From NCBI GenBank assembly GCA_035221665.1, contig CM069158.1, positions 27,094,001-27,158,000 on the forward strand: a DNA stretch of 64,000 nt, given 5' to 3'. How positions within the stretch are numbered: the first letter of the stretch is position 1; each line of letters begins with the position of its first letter. The notes under the pieces were generated by a model. That model did not search any database. It was not told the origin of the DNA and saw only the letters and a list, made by a program, of their open reading frames with translations. Of the stretch, positions 36,706 through 49,893 are shown piece by piece. The stretch comes from Okamejei kenojei (taxonomy: Eukaryota). The position numbers and the translations under genes were made by a program.

Positions 36706-38766
36706 CTAAGCAATAAAATTGAAATGTATTTTAATTAAAGCAGCATTTCCTAGAAATATGCATCCAGAATGTGACCACTAATCAAAAGCATAACATAAAG
36801 AAAAAAGCTTTGAAAGTTAATTTGTTTCCTCACAAGCAAAATGTGATAACTTTTCTCTACCAATTCCATCCACTACAATGCCAACATTGCATGATGCAGA
36901 CTGCATAATTGCACATTTTATCATTTGGGGTTTTATTCCACACGACGGTTCCAATCGAATCCCAGTGTCAATTTTTTTGTAATGACAGAATCCCCCAATC
37001 CCCTCCCCCCCACATAAAACTAGCTAAAGAACCTAAAAACATACATTTAACACATATTAAAAAATCAACAAAGACGAAATGGATAGGCATATTGTTGGCG
37101 TGGCAACCGTGCAATGATTCAACTAGAAGATCACAAGGAATCAACAGAGTTTTTAAATCCTTTTGCTTTTTAGATATCTTGAAAGTCCAAGACAACATCT
37201 TAGGCATCAATTCAACCAAACTCACATGTCTCATGCTATTGTAAGTACATGCCTGTGGATAAATTATTGGTGACGTTTCCAGAGTCATGACAGTCAGTGG
37301 ATTGACAAACGTTTGTCTTTGTAGCTAATGCATTTAACATCAAGAGCCTCGACGCAGCAGTTTGACTGCCTGACCGCACGGAAAGCATGGAAGAGATAAG
37401 ACTTTTTGCCTTCCATCACAGCGAGAATGCTTGTGTTACATTGTGTTAATTGTGTATTTTGTTGCTTTTTGCTGTCATGACTGTATGGTACGAAATCTTC
37501 GTTCAAACTTTTTGTTTGAATGACAATAAAGGAAATTCAATTCAAATTCAATGTATAGATTGTTTTGAGTACGTTTAACTGTTGAATACATTTTTCTACT
37601 TGTTTAGTTTAGTTTAGAGATACAGCTCAGAAACAGATCCACCTTTGGCCCACGACAACTAGCACACCAACACTATCCTACACACTAGGGACAATTTACA
37701 TTTATACCAATTGCTTAATAGCCAGTCCCAATCCAATAGTGAATATTCTTCTAAATACTGAAGGCAAGGAAATCACTTGGTGCTGTATCAGTTTCTAGTA
37801 TCCAGAGAACAGTAACAGAGGTTCCCCTTTGCTGAATCTTTTTACTATGATTTGTAGCCCAGAGAATTTCGCCATTGTTAACACATTTAATAATTGCAGT
37901 TGTTTTGTGGTGTGAAAAATCTGGATGCTGAACACAATGTTTCAATTTGCTGCTGAAACATCTTGGACAATAAAATTCGAAAGTGTAATGTAAATAACCA
38001 TCTAAATATGTTGTGAAATTTATATTTTAACACCAAACTAAACTACAGAACGTACACTTCTACTTTAAGCACAAATTAATAGAACATAGAAAAGTGCAGA
38101 AAAAGAATAGGCCTTTTGGCCCATGTCAGTGCCAAAAATTATGTCATGGTAAACTAGCCTCGTCTGCTTAAACACGAACAATATACCTCTATTCCCAGCA
38201 TATCCATGTGCCTATCTAAATGCTCTTAAATGTCACTATTGTATTTGCCTCCACCACCAACCCTGGCAGCTCGTTACAGGCACTCACCACTCTCTGTGTA
38301 AAAGAAAATGGCCCCGCACATCTCCTTTAAACTTTGCCTCTCTCACCTTAAAACTATGCTCTCTAGTCTTTGACATTTCCATCCGAATTAAATAGTTGAA
38401 CCTTTCACCTACACTTTATAACAGAGGTGTAAAAGGAACAAGTTTATTCAGCCCGAGTCATACATGGATGTCAGGTTCATCTCACTATGTTAGCTGATAT
38501 TTGTTGCACAGTAGTACAATTAAGTTTAGAGCCCGAGGGAGAGGACTTCACTGTACATGTCAGTACCCGACAACCAACATTTGGAATGGATACGGTAGCC
38601 TGATCAAACACCGAGCCAATACATGATAATTGATCATTTACTCAAGGTAATAGTAATCTCTTAGATTCACGCTCCACTTCTTTTAGAAATGAACAGAGGA
38701 TTTACTGAATGTACGAAGAATGGTATCTATCGCAATCAAAGCACACAGAGCACAAAAGGATTTTAC

Positions 38767-38816
38767 CTGAAAAAGGAGACTTTGCTGTCCCACTTCTGAA
38801 TCTCTTTGTTTGGTCA
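38767..38816 (-). CDS. SF3A2: SF3A2 coding exon 5
   Basis: (V)TKQRDSEVGQQSLLFQ; 50 nt; AG and GTAAAA boundaries. Confidence 0.96.
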
Positions 38817-39157
38817 CTGTAAAAAGAAATGTTAACCCTTAATACATTTGATAAGTTGGGTAAACCCGTTCACGCCAGTTCTATGTTATCCTACTTTCTC
38901 ATCCACTCCTTGCGCCAATTAACCAACAAACCTGCACGTCTTTGGGATGTGGGAGAAAACGAGAGCACCCGGAGGTAATCCATGTGGTCACAGGGAAAAT
39001 GCGCAGATCCTACACAGACAGCTCCTGAACTCGGGATTGAAAACGGGACTCTGGCACTGTGAGGCAGCATCTCTACCAGCTGTGCCACTGCGCAGCTAAT
39101 ATTGTTGTAATATTTTTTTAACAAAATAGCAATCGCTTGCCAAAATGTCACAAATAC

Positions 39158-39267
39158 CTTTGTAGCCTGGCCGACCAATTTTGACAAATTTCTTCACCTC
39201 CACTTTAACCTTCTCAGGTGCTGGCTGTGCTGGTGATTCCTTTGCCTCTTTTGCTGCGCGTCGTGCC
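39158..39267 (-). CDS. SF3A2: SF3A2 coding exon 4
   Basis: ARRAAKEAKESPAQPAPEKVKVEVKKFVKIGRPGYK; 110 nt; AG and GT boundaries. Confidence 0.97.
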
Positions 39268-40969
39268 CTGTATTCAAAGCATTGAATAGATCCCTTGGTC
39301 ACACTTGAACAGCCACACTTGTCATACAAATTCTACCTCTATATTAACTGTCAGAAATTAGTTCCTGGGACAATACCCACTCATCCAAATGTTGCATAAG
39401 CATGCAGTATATTATGTTAAATGTCTCATTCCCATATCTGCAACGCTTCCATCAACCATTTTAGGACATACATTAGAAAGTAAGTGACCATCGGTGCCTC
39501 ATTTCTAGAAGGAAATACATGCAGTAGCCTATATCAATTGTTTTCAAAAATTGCCATTTTTCTGTATTCAGAAATTATTTAGCTCTTAAATCAGAGGTAT
39601 GGCTAAAGTTATCTTTCCTGTGTTAGTCTATCAAAAAAATTAAAGAGTGCACACAATTAGTAGAAATAAATGCTTTCAACAAAGCCATTCTGATACATTT
39701 TAGAGCTGTTGGTTCTTGGTATAAATCAAGAGGACCCAGCAGATGTACCATTAAAGTCTCTATTTCATCTCAAATGCATAAAGTAGGTAAGTAAGTAAGT
39801 AAGTGTATTGGTCAAGTATTCACATACAAGGAATTTACCTTGGTGCTCCGCCCACAAGTAACAACATGACATACAGTGACAGTTACGAATTACTCAGAAA
39901 ACACTAAACATTAATAATAATAAAACATTAGTGATAAAACACCATTGATTAAACATGTGAACCAACAAAATACCAGATAAAGATGTGGTCTTTATACTTT
40001 AGAGATACAGCACGGAAACAGGCCCTTCGGCCCACCATGTCTGCACTGACCAACAATCACCCCGTACACTTACAATATCCTACACACTAGGGACCATTTA
40101 CAATTTTACCGAAGCCAATTAACCTGCAAACCTGTACGTCTTTGGAGTAAGGGAGGAAACCGGAGCGCCCGGAGAAAATCCATGACTGGTCACAGGGAGA
40201 ACATACAAACTCCATAGAGACAGCACTAGTCAGTATCAAACCAGGGCCTCTGGCACTGTAAGGCAGCAACTCTACCGCTAGGCACTGTGCCACTGCGGTC
40301 TTGTATTGTCTCATAAAGCAAATGTAACACAGCACACGAGCACTGTGCATTAGCATCATGGGGTACAGCTTGTGCTCACAATTCCTCGTGTGGAAAACTC
40401 TGACATTAGTCACATTATCACAGGAATTGCTTATTTACTGGGGAAGAGATAAAAGAGGATACCATGCAGTGAGCCCATTCCACTACTGAACTGTACAGCA
40501 ACATAGAATGAAAGATGACTGCACTCTCTCAAATGAACATCCGCAAGCCTAAATCTCTAATCTTGCTATTGTTTTCTCCTTACCACAGTCAGAGCTTTGG
40601 TACCTTGCTAAGTATTGATGGCAAGAGCAAGACATTGAATGCATTCTCCAAATAAACACCTAACTCTTTCACAGAACTGACATGGGCACTTTAATATGTT
40701 CAATTTCAGACTTAGGATACCTAAATAATTGATTTCCCATAACAATGTTCTCTGGGGGTAAACATGTAATTAAATTTGCCTCCCTTTCCTCTCCCTTTGC
40801 AAAATTTACATTCAAGACCCTGATTCACCGTGAAAGCAATATTCAAGTGCAGTATACAGATCTTAATTGCATTTGTAGTTAAATCTCTCAGAAAGAAAAA
40901 GCATGCTTCTTTGAAATACACCAAATGTCTCAAATTATGATTTCACATCCAATATATTTACACACTTAC

Positions 40970-41016
40970 AAATTAGTCTGGTGCTTCTTTCCTTGTGTGT
41001 GGGCCAAATAACTCCC
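40970..41016 (-). CDS. SF3A2: SF3A2 coding exon 3
   Basis: GSYLAHTQGKKHQTN(L); 47 nt; AG and GTAAGT boundaries. Confidence 0.96.
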
Positions 41017-42274
41017 CTAGAGAGAAACATTAAATCAAATTAAAAGAGAGGGTTATCCATCGCACAAACATATTCATATATCTAACGTGGAAATGTTGGA
41101 GTAACTCAACGGGACAGGCAGCGTTCCTGAGGAACATGGCGATGTGACGCTTTGGGTCGGGACCCTTCCATTACCTACCCATGTTCTCTCGGGATGCTGC
41201 CTGACCTGCTGAGTTACTCCAGCATTTGTTTCTTTCTTTGGTAAACCAGCTTCTGCAATTCCTTGTTGCTATACATAACTAACTTGTTTATTGAGAAGAT
41301 ATTTAATTGCATTGTTGACTATACACCATTCTGTTTATTTCATTTCCACACTTCCATTCAAACCTCTCCACCATAACCTCCCAACTCACAGAATTAAGAT
41401 ACGACTCCCCCTGGCTTCACTTTTCAACTGAAAGTTTTACATTCAATTGATCAGCTTCTGTCATTTGTAACATGGCCAATGTGGTCTTCTCCCCCTACTG
41501 TTCTTTTTAACTTTTCATTCCACACCCCCTCAAGGAGACTATGGCTCACCCTTACATCTTCAATAACTTCCCATTCCCTTCCCTGTGCCATCTTGGTGTG
41601 CAACTGTGTGAAATACAGGACCTTTTACCAACTCCCTCGTCACCATCCAAGGCCTCAAATAATCTTGAAGCACAAAGCAATAATTTACGTGTACTTTATA
41701 TTTGTATTTGCCGCTCATGATGTGGTTTCTTCTACACTAGAAAAAACAAACAGAACTGGATCTCTTCGGAAATGAAGAACAGGAAGAGATATAGTAGAAG
41801 ATCGTAGGAATTGACTGCATTGATTTTCTTGCTGTTTAAAAAAAATTCTGTATAGTCAGCAATGAAAAGTAAAGATCAGTAGCTTAGTTTAATTCAGTTT
41901 ATCGATACATCATGGAAACACACTCTTCAGCCCACTGAGTACACATACCTTTTTGTACTAGTTCTATGTTATCCCACTTTCTCATCCACTCCCTACACAC
42001 AAGGAGTAATATACAGAGGCCAGTTAACCTACAATCCTGCACATCTTTGGGATGTGGGAGGAAACCAAAGCACCCAGAGGAAACCCGCACGAGAGTCACA
42101 GGGAGAACGTGCAAACTCCACACATAGAGCACCCAAGGTCAGAATCGAACCTGGGTTTCAAGTGTTGTGAGGCAGCGGCAGTACTAACTCAAGAACCATC
42201 TAGGGGTGAGATGAAATTCCATCCCCTGGCAGTTTCTGCTTAAAACAAAATCATCAAAGTACCTTTCAACTTAC

Positions 42275-42346
42275 CTCATTATTGTGAAGAGTTAAGCAAA
42301 GTTTACATTCGTAAGAACCCAAGTGATTTTTCATAAAATAAGGATC
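42275..42346 (-). CDS. SF3A2: SF3A2 coding exon 2 (U1C/matrin-type zinc finger start)
   Basis: DPYFMKNHLGSYECKLCLTLHNNE; AG and GTAAG boundaries; 72 nt. Confidence 0.97.
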
Positions 42347-42440
42347 CTATAAAATTAGAAAAAGAACAATAGTTGTAATGAGGTAGCATGAAAGAATGCA
42401 AGTAACGCAAGTGCACGAATCACAGGGACCAAAGTGTAAC

Positions 42441-42566
42441 CTTATTTATGTCAATGGTTTCCAACGCTAACTGTCTCAGCCGCTCTCTTCGATCTCGATT
42501 GCTTTCGGAAGAGGAAGCAACCCCGCCGCTCCCCGTCTTTCCTCCTGGTCGATGTTGAAAATCCAT
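42441..42566 (-). CDS. SF3A2: Splicing factor 3A subunit 2, first coding exon (exon begins 42599)
   Basis: MDFQHRPGGKTGSGGVASSSESNRDRRERLRQLALETIDINK, the SF3A2 N-terminus, followed by a GT donor. Confidence 0.97.
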
Positions 42567-42989
42567 GGTTACTTGATAAACTTTATCTTAATCCAAAATC
42601 TGAAAGATTTTAAAAACAAAAGTGCAGACAAATTAGCCCGGAATGCATTCCTTCCTGGAAACTTCAGACACAAGGAAATGCAGGTGCTGATTTACAAAAA
42701 AAAGAAATGCAGCAGGTCAGGCAGCATCTGCGGAGGGAATGGATAGATGACATTTCCCAACCCAAAATGTCACATATCCACGTTCTCCAGAGATGCTGCC
42801 TGACCTGTAAAGAAACATTGCTTGCTTCACCAAACATTTTTTTTTTTTTGGAAGTGATTTTAGATCGCACCATGAATGGCAATTCCTTGACATGGTGATC
42901 ACAGAGGTAAAAGGACAATCATAGAGAACATTTAGTAAACCTGACTGGCTGCCACTGATTCCCCTTATCTATATAGCTGATTCTTGATT

Positions 42990-43888
42990 TAGGAAACGGG
43001 GGTTCCCCTCTTCTATTATAGATGAGACTCTCGCCAGGGTCTCCTCGATATCCCAAAGCTCCGCTCTTGCTCTCCCTCCTCCCATTCGCAACAAGGACAG
43101 AGTCCCCCTTGTCCTCACCTTCCACCCCTTCAGCCGTTGCATACAGCATATAATCCTCCAACACTTTCGCCACCTCCAACAGGATCCCACCACTGGCAAC
43201 AACTGCCCATCTCCACCCCCTTCTGCTTTCCACAGAGAGCAGTTCCCTCCACAACTCCCTGGTCAACTCGTCCCTTCCCATCCAAACCATCCCCTCCCCA
43301 GCAACGGCAGGAGATGCAACACCTGTCCCTTTACCTCACCCCTCGAATCCATCCAAGGACCCTGACAGCCTTTTCAGGTGAGGCAGATTCACTTGCACCT
43401 CCTCCAACCTCATCTACTGTACTGCTGTTCCAGGAGACAAATTCTATACATCGGCGAGACCAAGCGTAAGCTCGGCGATCGTTTCCCTGAACACCTCCGC
43501 TCAGTCCGCCTTAATCTCCCGGTTATTCAGCACTTTAACTCCCTCTCCCATTTCCAATCTGACCTTTCTGTCCTGGGCCTCCTCCATTGTCAGAGTGAGG
43601 CCCAGTGCAAATTGGAGGAACAGCATCTCATATTCGCTAGGGAAGCTTACACCCCAGCGGTATGAACATTGACTTCTCTAACTTCAAATAGCCCTTGCAT
43701 TCCCTCTCCATCCCCTCCCCCTTCCCAGTTCTCCCACCAGTCTTACTGCCTCCGACTACATTCTATCTCTGTCCCGCCCACTCCCCTGACATCAGTGTGA
43801 AGAAGGGTCTTGACCCGAAACGTCACCCATTCCTTCTCTCTAGAGATGTTGCCTGTCCTGCTGAGTTATTCCAACAATTTTGTGTCCA
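42990..43888 (+). mobile_element. Penelope-like element 3' part (GIY-YIG endonuclease)
   Basis: FRKRGFPSSIIDETLARVS, LYIGETKRKLGDRFPEHLRSVR, KLEEQHLIF, followed by the typical terminal repeat. Confidence 0.88.
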
Positions 43889-44921
43889 GCTGATTCTTAA
43901 ATGGTCTTTAAAATACCCAGCAAACCATTCAATTGTACTATTACCACTCTGGACAGATAAAATAATAAAACAGTTGTATCAACGGGTATCAACATGGGCA
44001 AATTCGAACATGTCAAAGTCACCTCCAACCCTATCAATCTGACAAAGTGAGTCTTACTGACATCCAAGGACTGGTGTCAGAATTGGGAGAGTTGTCCCAT
44101 AGTCTAATCAAATGGCATTGTGAAATGGTAAAACACGATTCGGTGAAGTGGGCAAAATGCAAGATTGCACCAATAAAGTCCAGGACATGTCCTGTGAGAC
44201 ACCCATAGGTAGCAGCAGTGGTAGGCGGTAATGGCGATGTTTTCGTTTTTTAGTTTTACAGATACTGTGCTGAAACAGGCCCTTTACCGGGAGAGTCTAA
44301 GACCAATAGACAATAGGTGCAGGAGTAAGCCATTTGGCCCTTCGAGCCAGCACCGCTCGACCAGACCAGAGGACATATCCTCAGAATAAAAGGATGTACC
44401 TTAAGAAATGAGATGATGAGGAATTTCTTTACTCGGAGGGTGGTGAATCTGTGGAATTGATTGCCACAGACGGCTGTGGAGGACAAGTCAATGGGTAATT
44501 TTAAGGTGGAGATTGACAGATTCTAGATTGGTACAGGTGTCAGAGATTATGGATTTACTTCGATCATGGATCATGTTGTTGCCCTTTAATACTACGGGCA
44601 GGCTACTGCTCGTCACTTACACGAGACAAGCTACTGTTTATATTCAATGTTATCGCATTGTTTGCCCTTTCACTGCAAGTTTATAACTGCAAATGTAGAA
44701 AAGTTAAAACACGGTTGAAAATCCTCGAAATGTAATGACGATGATACAGGCCTCGGCCGCCTGGCCCCTTAGGGCCGAGAATCGGCTCCATCAGCGAAAG
44801 GGGGAGCTCGGTTGTCAGGTCGGGAAGCTTCCATCGCCCCATTCCCTTCCCGGCCCGCCTGCCCTTCCCCTCTCCGGCGCCCTGAGCTGAGCTGAGCCGG
44901 TCCCGGTCCCCATCACCTCAC

Positions 44922-44960
44922 CTCAAGCGGCCTCGCCAAACACACCGGAAGAAGGTCAAA
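44922..44960 (-). other. SF3A2: SF3A2 probable non-coding exon 1 (5' end uncertain)
   Basis: GAG|GTGAG donor at 44921 on the minus strand within the CpG-rich region. The first coding exon carries an acceptor at 42600, so an upstream UTR exon is required. Confidence 0.5.
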
Positions 44961-45088
44961 ACCCCAGCCGGAAGAAGGTCGAAAACCCTACCGGAAGAAG
45001 GTCGAAAACCCTACCGGAAGAAGGTCGAAAACCCCGGAAGAAGGTCAAAAACCCTACAGGAAGACGGTCAAAAACACCGGAAGAAGGT
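44945..45088 (+). repeat. 7-copy 20-23 bp minisatellite CCGGAAGAAGGTC(A/G)AAAACCCTA
   Basis: Directly visible tandem units; six carry a perfect CCGGAAG and one has CAGGAAG. Confidence 0.93.
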
Positions 45089-45321
45089 GTTTTTGTCCCC
45101 CAAACAACTTTATTGACACCGGGGGGCGAGCGCGGCCGCCGGCCATGAGCGGGAGGCAGGTCGACTCCCCCACGGTTCTCACTTAAAGCGGGCGTCGGAG
45201 TTTGTGTACTATGTGCAGCAGTTGTTTAAGGTCTCCCCCCGATCACCGCCGGCTGCAGTAGTCGGGGCTCCGGGGCCGCGGCGGGGAGTGTGAGTGTGAG
45301 GCAGCGGACGCCGTCGCCGTC

Positions 45322-45415
45322 ATGAGGTACAACGTGAGGGAGCTGCTGTGTCTGTCCAAGCAGCCGGCGGAGAAAGCCGCCGAGCTCACCATGAGGGGGC
45401 CGAAGCGCAACGACG
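45322..45415 (+). CDS. PLEKHJ1: PH domain-containing family J member 1, exon 1
   Basis: MRYNVRELLCLSKQPAEKAAELTMRGPKRND (compare human MRYNEKELQALSRQPAEMAAELGMRGPKK); GTGAG donor; 94 nt. Confidence 0.95.
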
Positions 45416-45479
45416 GTGAGGACGAAGCTGGGGTCGCGGCGGGGAGACCTGTCACAACGGGGGCCGAGTGGCCCTGGGG

Positions 45480-45830
45480 GGCGTGGAGGGGCTGCGGGGA
45501 GAGAAGGGGGTATGTGTGGAGGTTCCCCGAGGCAGAATGAGGCCGGTGGTGTGGGAGATAAGGGGTATTGAGGTTATCTGGGGGAGGTGGAAGGTCTGTG
45601 TGTGTGAGGTGGGTGTGGGGGGAGGTGGGGGCATGTGTGTGGGATGGGGTGTGGATAAGGGGTATTGAGCTGCGGGGAGGAGGTCTGTGTGTGGAGGGGG
45701 GTGTGGATAAGGGGGTAGGTTATCCCTGGGGGAGGTGGAAGGTCTGTGTGTGGAGGCCGTGTGGGGTGTGGAGATAAGGGGTATTGAGGCTTATCTGGGG
45801 GAGGTGGAAGGTCTGTGGGCTGGAGGGGCA
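45480..45830 (+). repeat. G-rich degenerate minisatellite at the start of PLEKHJ1 intron 1
   Basis: Recurrent GATAAGGGGTATTGAG and GGGGGAGGTGGAAGGTCTGTG blocks, three or more of each. Confidence 0.8.
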
Positions 45831-46129
45831 AGAGGAGGGAAGAGGTCAAGAGCAAAAGACCTGTCACAACAGGGGTAGCTGTGCCGAGTGGGTAGTAGGA
45901 GGCACTGGGGAGACCTATCACAACAGGCCTGGGGTAGGGGGCTGGTTAGGCAGAAGGGTATAGGGCAGGATGGATTTAATGCATCGACATATCTGAATTG
46001 AAGAAAGGAGGGGAAATTAAATGATACAATTCTGAACGAAATGGAGGGGCAGAAGGGACAAAGAAGTGCAATAAATCCTTGACTGTGACAGCGTGTGTGG
46101 AAAGATTTGTTAATGATAGAATATATTCA

Positions 46130-46712
46130 GTATTTACTTTAATGTCATTTTAACTGAGTACTTGCATTCACAGAAGAAACAAAAAATTGTTTCTCAATCA
46201 GTTCCTGTCAGTGCAGTTAATAAAAACAGAATAAATACATACAGCTTTAAAATTAAAATGAACATCTAAAATAGGCCTAAAAATTGAACTAAAAACAAAC
46301 ATTCAGACCGACAGTGGCTTTGCTTTGATAGGTGTCTAGCTGTCAAAGTATGGGCAAGATTAGATGTGTTGGTGTATGATGTATGGTGAGGGGACACAGT
46401 CTGTTAACCAGTCTTATTGCCTGTGGGAAGAAGCTGTGTAGCATCCTGCTGGTTCTGCAGCTGATGCTCCTGTACCTCTTCCCAGATGGCAGAATGGAGA
46501 AGATGTGGTGTGATGGGTGATAGGGGTCCTTAATAATGGAGATGGCTCTGTGGATGCTGTGCTTCAGATAGATCTCCAACAGGAAAGGGAGTGGTGCACC
46601 AATGATCCTACTGGCTGTCTTCACTATCCTGTTACGTTGTTTTTGTTCATAAGCCTTGCTGCTCCCAAACCAGGAAGTGATGCCATAGAGCAGAACAGTA
46701 CAGCGCAAGTAC
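46130..46712 (-). mobile_element. Rex1/Babar-like LINE 3' fragment
   Basis: YGITSWFGS...RIVKTASRIIG...DPYHPSHHIFSILPSGKRYRSI...SFFPQAIRLVN. Confidence 0.85.
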
Positions 46713-47444
46713 AAGAAATGCAAGGAACTGCAGATGCTGATTTACGAAACAAGAAAAAGTGCTAGAGTAACTCAGTGGGTCTCTGGAGAGGCTGCCCAAT
46801 CAACAGTCTGAAAAATGCTCCTTAACTGAAATGTCACTCATGGTTGTTCTTTAGAGATGCTGCCTGACCTGTTGAGTTAATGCAGCACTTTTGTCTTTTT
46901 CAGCACAAGTAAAGACCCTTCAGCACCCAATGACAAATTAAATTAACTCATCTACCTTCACATGATTCATATTCCTCCAATCCCAAAGTTGTGATCAGAT
47001 CTGTTTTAAAGTTAAATTTTGATATGATTTGTTTGTTATTTGGGATTTAAATGAACGATTGCCACATTGCGCAGGTTCCAATAAAACTAATAAAATTCAC
47101 CCTAGATTATTAACCCCTGTCTATGTTTTCTTCCAGCGATTATGTATTGATACTTTCAACTGGGGTAGCTTTAGTATAAAATATTAATTACATGAAGCCT
47201 TTTTTAATGGCGTTGGAATTTATGGCTTCAAAGTTCAATTAAATGTCTGAAAACTAGAATTTGACTTCCATGACCGATCTTAGAAGTGCAGGTACAAGGT
47301 TTATCTCAACATCTACCCATATGTCCGAGATTCTGCACTATATTCTATATGAAAAACATTTAAAGTAATAATAATGCTTTGCACATATGGCTGTAGAACC
47401 ATTAACATTTTTTCGGGTAATATCTGCATTTTCCTTTTATTCAG

Positions 47445-47512
47445 TTGCAAAATGTCGGCTCGTGAAACTAGTTGTTAACTTCCTTTTCTACTTCAGAATT
47501 GATGAAGAGGAG
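47445..47512 (+). CDS. PLEKHJ1: PLEKHJ1 exon 2
   Basis: (V)AKCRLVKLVVNFLFYFRIDEEE; 68 nt; AG and GTAAG boundaries. Confidence 0.95.
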
Positions 47513-48529
47513 GTAAGACTGCTTCATAGTTTTTAATTAGAATGCAGAATACTTGACACAATTGTATCCATTATCATAATCAATACACCTCCTGTCAAAA
47601 AGCATCCAGTAGTACCACAGGCACATGATTTTTCAAAAGAAATAGTTTCCTGCCTCCTGTTTACACTTCCTTGCATGAAGCATCCCTGCCTTGACCAGTT
47701 TATTGTATTCCTCAATCTGGATAATGCTGTCTGTGAGATTATTCATGATTACTCTTCCAACCTACCATAACTTCTCTATAATTTGCTGATTGGCCATGGG
47801 TCTAACCCAAAAGTCACCTCTCCATGTTCTCCAGAGGTACTGCTAGACCAACTGAGTTACTCCAGTCTTTTTGTCATCCCTCTTGTCATGTTTGTATGAG
47901 ATCCCCAGAATGCTTCACAACCTTGCTGCAATCCTTGCTCTGCTATTGTAAATCCTCCATGCTACCACAGGAGTTAGCCGCATCAGTCTACATGTGCATA
48001 TTCCCCCCCCCCTCCCTCTGACTAGCTTTTCCATGGCATGGCATCATTCTTGATGCAATATCTACTTTTCTTTACGTACATTTTAAATTTATCGGTCAAT
48101 GTTTTGTGTCATTACAATAGTTTGGAGATGTGTGGATAAATAAAAAACAATTATGACCTGTTTTCTCTTAAGTTAGTAAGGTACATAAAGGAAAATGTTT
48201 AAGAGCTGGCTATTTTCTTGCTCCATCTTGTTGCATAATGCATTTGAGGCCAAACTTTCATAAATATTTAATTTCTTGATACAGTAAGTTATTCATTGAC
48301 ATATTGGCAGAGGAGATTAGTTTAACTTGGCATAATGTCTGGCACGGACATTGTAGTCTAAAGGAGCTGTTTCTGTGCCGTGGTGTTCTATTTTTGATAT
48401 TTGTTCCATGTCTGCTGAACTTGCCAGTTGAATGAGGGTGGACATATTGTCAATCTAGAAGCAGTAACGATTTTGATAATTGTTTGTATTCAGAAATATG
48501 TTAACACACTGATGCCATTTCTTTACCAG

Positions 48530-48596
48530 CCCGTTGGTGCCTTGTTACTTGAGCAGTGTAAAATTCAAAAGGAAGATGACATTGGCTTCTCATTAG
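48530..48596 (+). CDS. PLEKHJ1: PLEKHJ1 exon 3
   Basis: PVGALLLEQCKIQKEDDIGFSL; 67 nt; AG and GTAAC boundaries. Confidence 0.95.
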
Positions 48597-49364
48597 GTAA
48601 CTTGACTTTTACTTCTACTTCCTGTTAGTAATAATTGGCAGGTGAACATGGATAATCATTAACTTCTGTGATGTGATGCATATTAACAAGGTTGTTGAAT
48701 GTAATATGCAGCATCAAAATACTACACTATTGATTAAGAACATCACGGTAATAGTCTGTGCTCACATTACTGAGGGATCGTACAGTCGGGCTATATGGGT
48801 GGAGCTCAGAAATAAAATGGGGATGATCTCTTTGCGACTGAGACTGCCATTGTCCCATGTCTTAGATGGGGTGGAGTTTGTCAAATGTGTTCAGGTATGT
48901 AGAACCTGAACACATTAGAGGGCCCTCCCAGGGAGAGGGCAAAGCCTGACCTACTTTTAAGGAATTGGGCGAGTGACTGAAGTGTTTAAGAGTGGATCAG
49001 TGAGCATTGTTCTATTAGACTTTAAGATCGTTTTAAAATAAGGATAGGGTGGGTCCACAAGTTAGGGCCAAGGCCAATTTTGATGCTACTAGACAAGAAC
49101 TGGCAACGGTTGACTGTTGATTAATGAAAAGCCTGGGTATAATGGATGTGGAGAGGATGTTTCCACTAGCGGGAGAGTGTAGGATCGGTGGGTGGTGAAT
49201 CTGAAATTCATGAGAGTTTCAGACTTGTAATAACAAAGTTATTTTTCCCACAGGATTTTCAAACACATTCCTTTTTAATAGTTACATTTTGATGCTGAGA
49301 ACTAGCAAGTCCAAGTTCACATTTATTGTCATGTGCACCAATTAAGGCACAGTGATATTTGAGT

Positions 49365-49893
49365 CAAGGCAAGTCAAGTTTATTCGTCACATACATATAC
49401 GAGATGTGCAGTGAAATGAAAAGTGGCGATGCTCGCGGACTTTGTGCAAAAAAACAAACAACCTACAAACAGAATGGCATGTTCTTTTACATATTAAATA
49501 TTGTGGGCGGAAGGAAAAAGGGAAGAGAAAAAAACCCCAGCAATTTAATAAATTAAAAAAATTTTTTTTTTTTTCAAAGCAGTAGAGTGGTACAGTAAAG
49601 TTAGTCCCTGGTGAGATAGGAGTTTACAGTCCTAATGGCCTCTGGGAAGAAACTCCTTCTCAACCACTCCGTTCTCACAGCATGGCAACGGAAGGCGTCT
49701 CTCCTGATCTTATTGGCTGTGGAGTTGCACATCCTGATGTATAGTTCCTGCAGAGGGGCGAATGAAGTTCCCATAGTGCATTCGGCCGAACGCACTACTC
49801 TCTGCAGAGCCTTCTTGTCCTGGGCAGAGCAATTCCCAAACCAGATTGTAATATTTCCAGACAAGATGCTTTCCACAGCCACTGAGTAGAAGT
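49365..49893 (-). mobile_element. Rex1/Babar-like LINE 3' fragment
   Basis: FYSVAVESILSGNITIWFGN...LQRVVRSAE...SFFPEAIRTVN. Confidence 0.82.

Larger units (their letters stand above)
44740..45480. promoter_or_regulatory. GC/CpG-rich bidirectional promoter region of SF3A2 and PLEKHJ1
   Basis: Sharp rise in GC and CpG in an otherwise AT-rich window. It lies between divergent first exons and contains repeated CCGGAAG. Confidence 0.8.

Noticed and set aside
44945-45088. CRISPR-like array
   Set aside because: Eukaryotic context, no unique spacers and no cas genes; a plain minisatellite.
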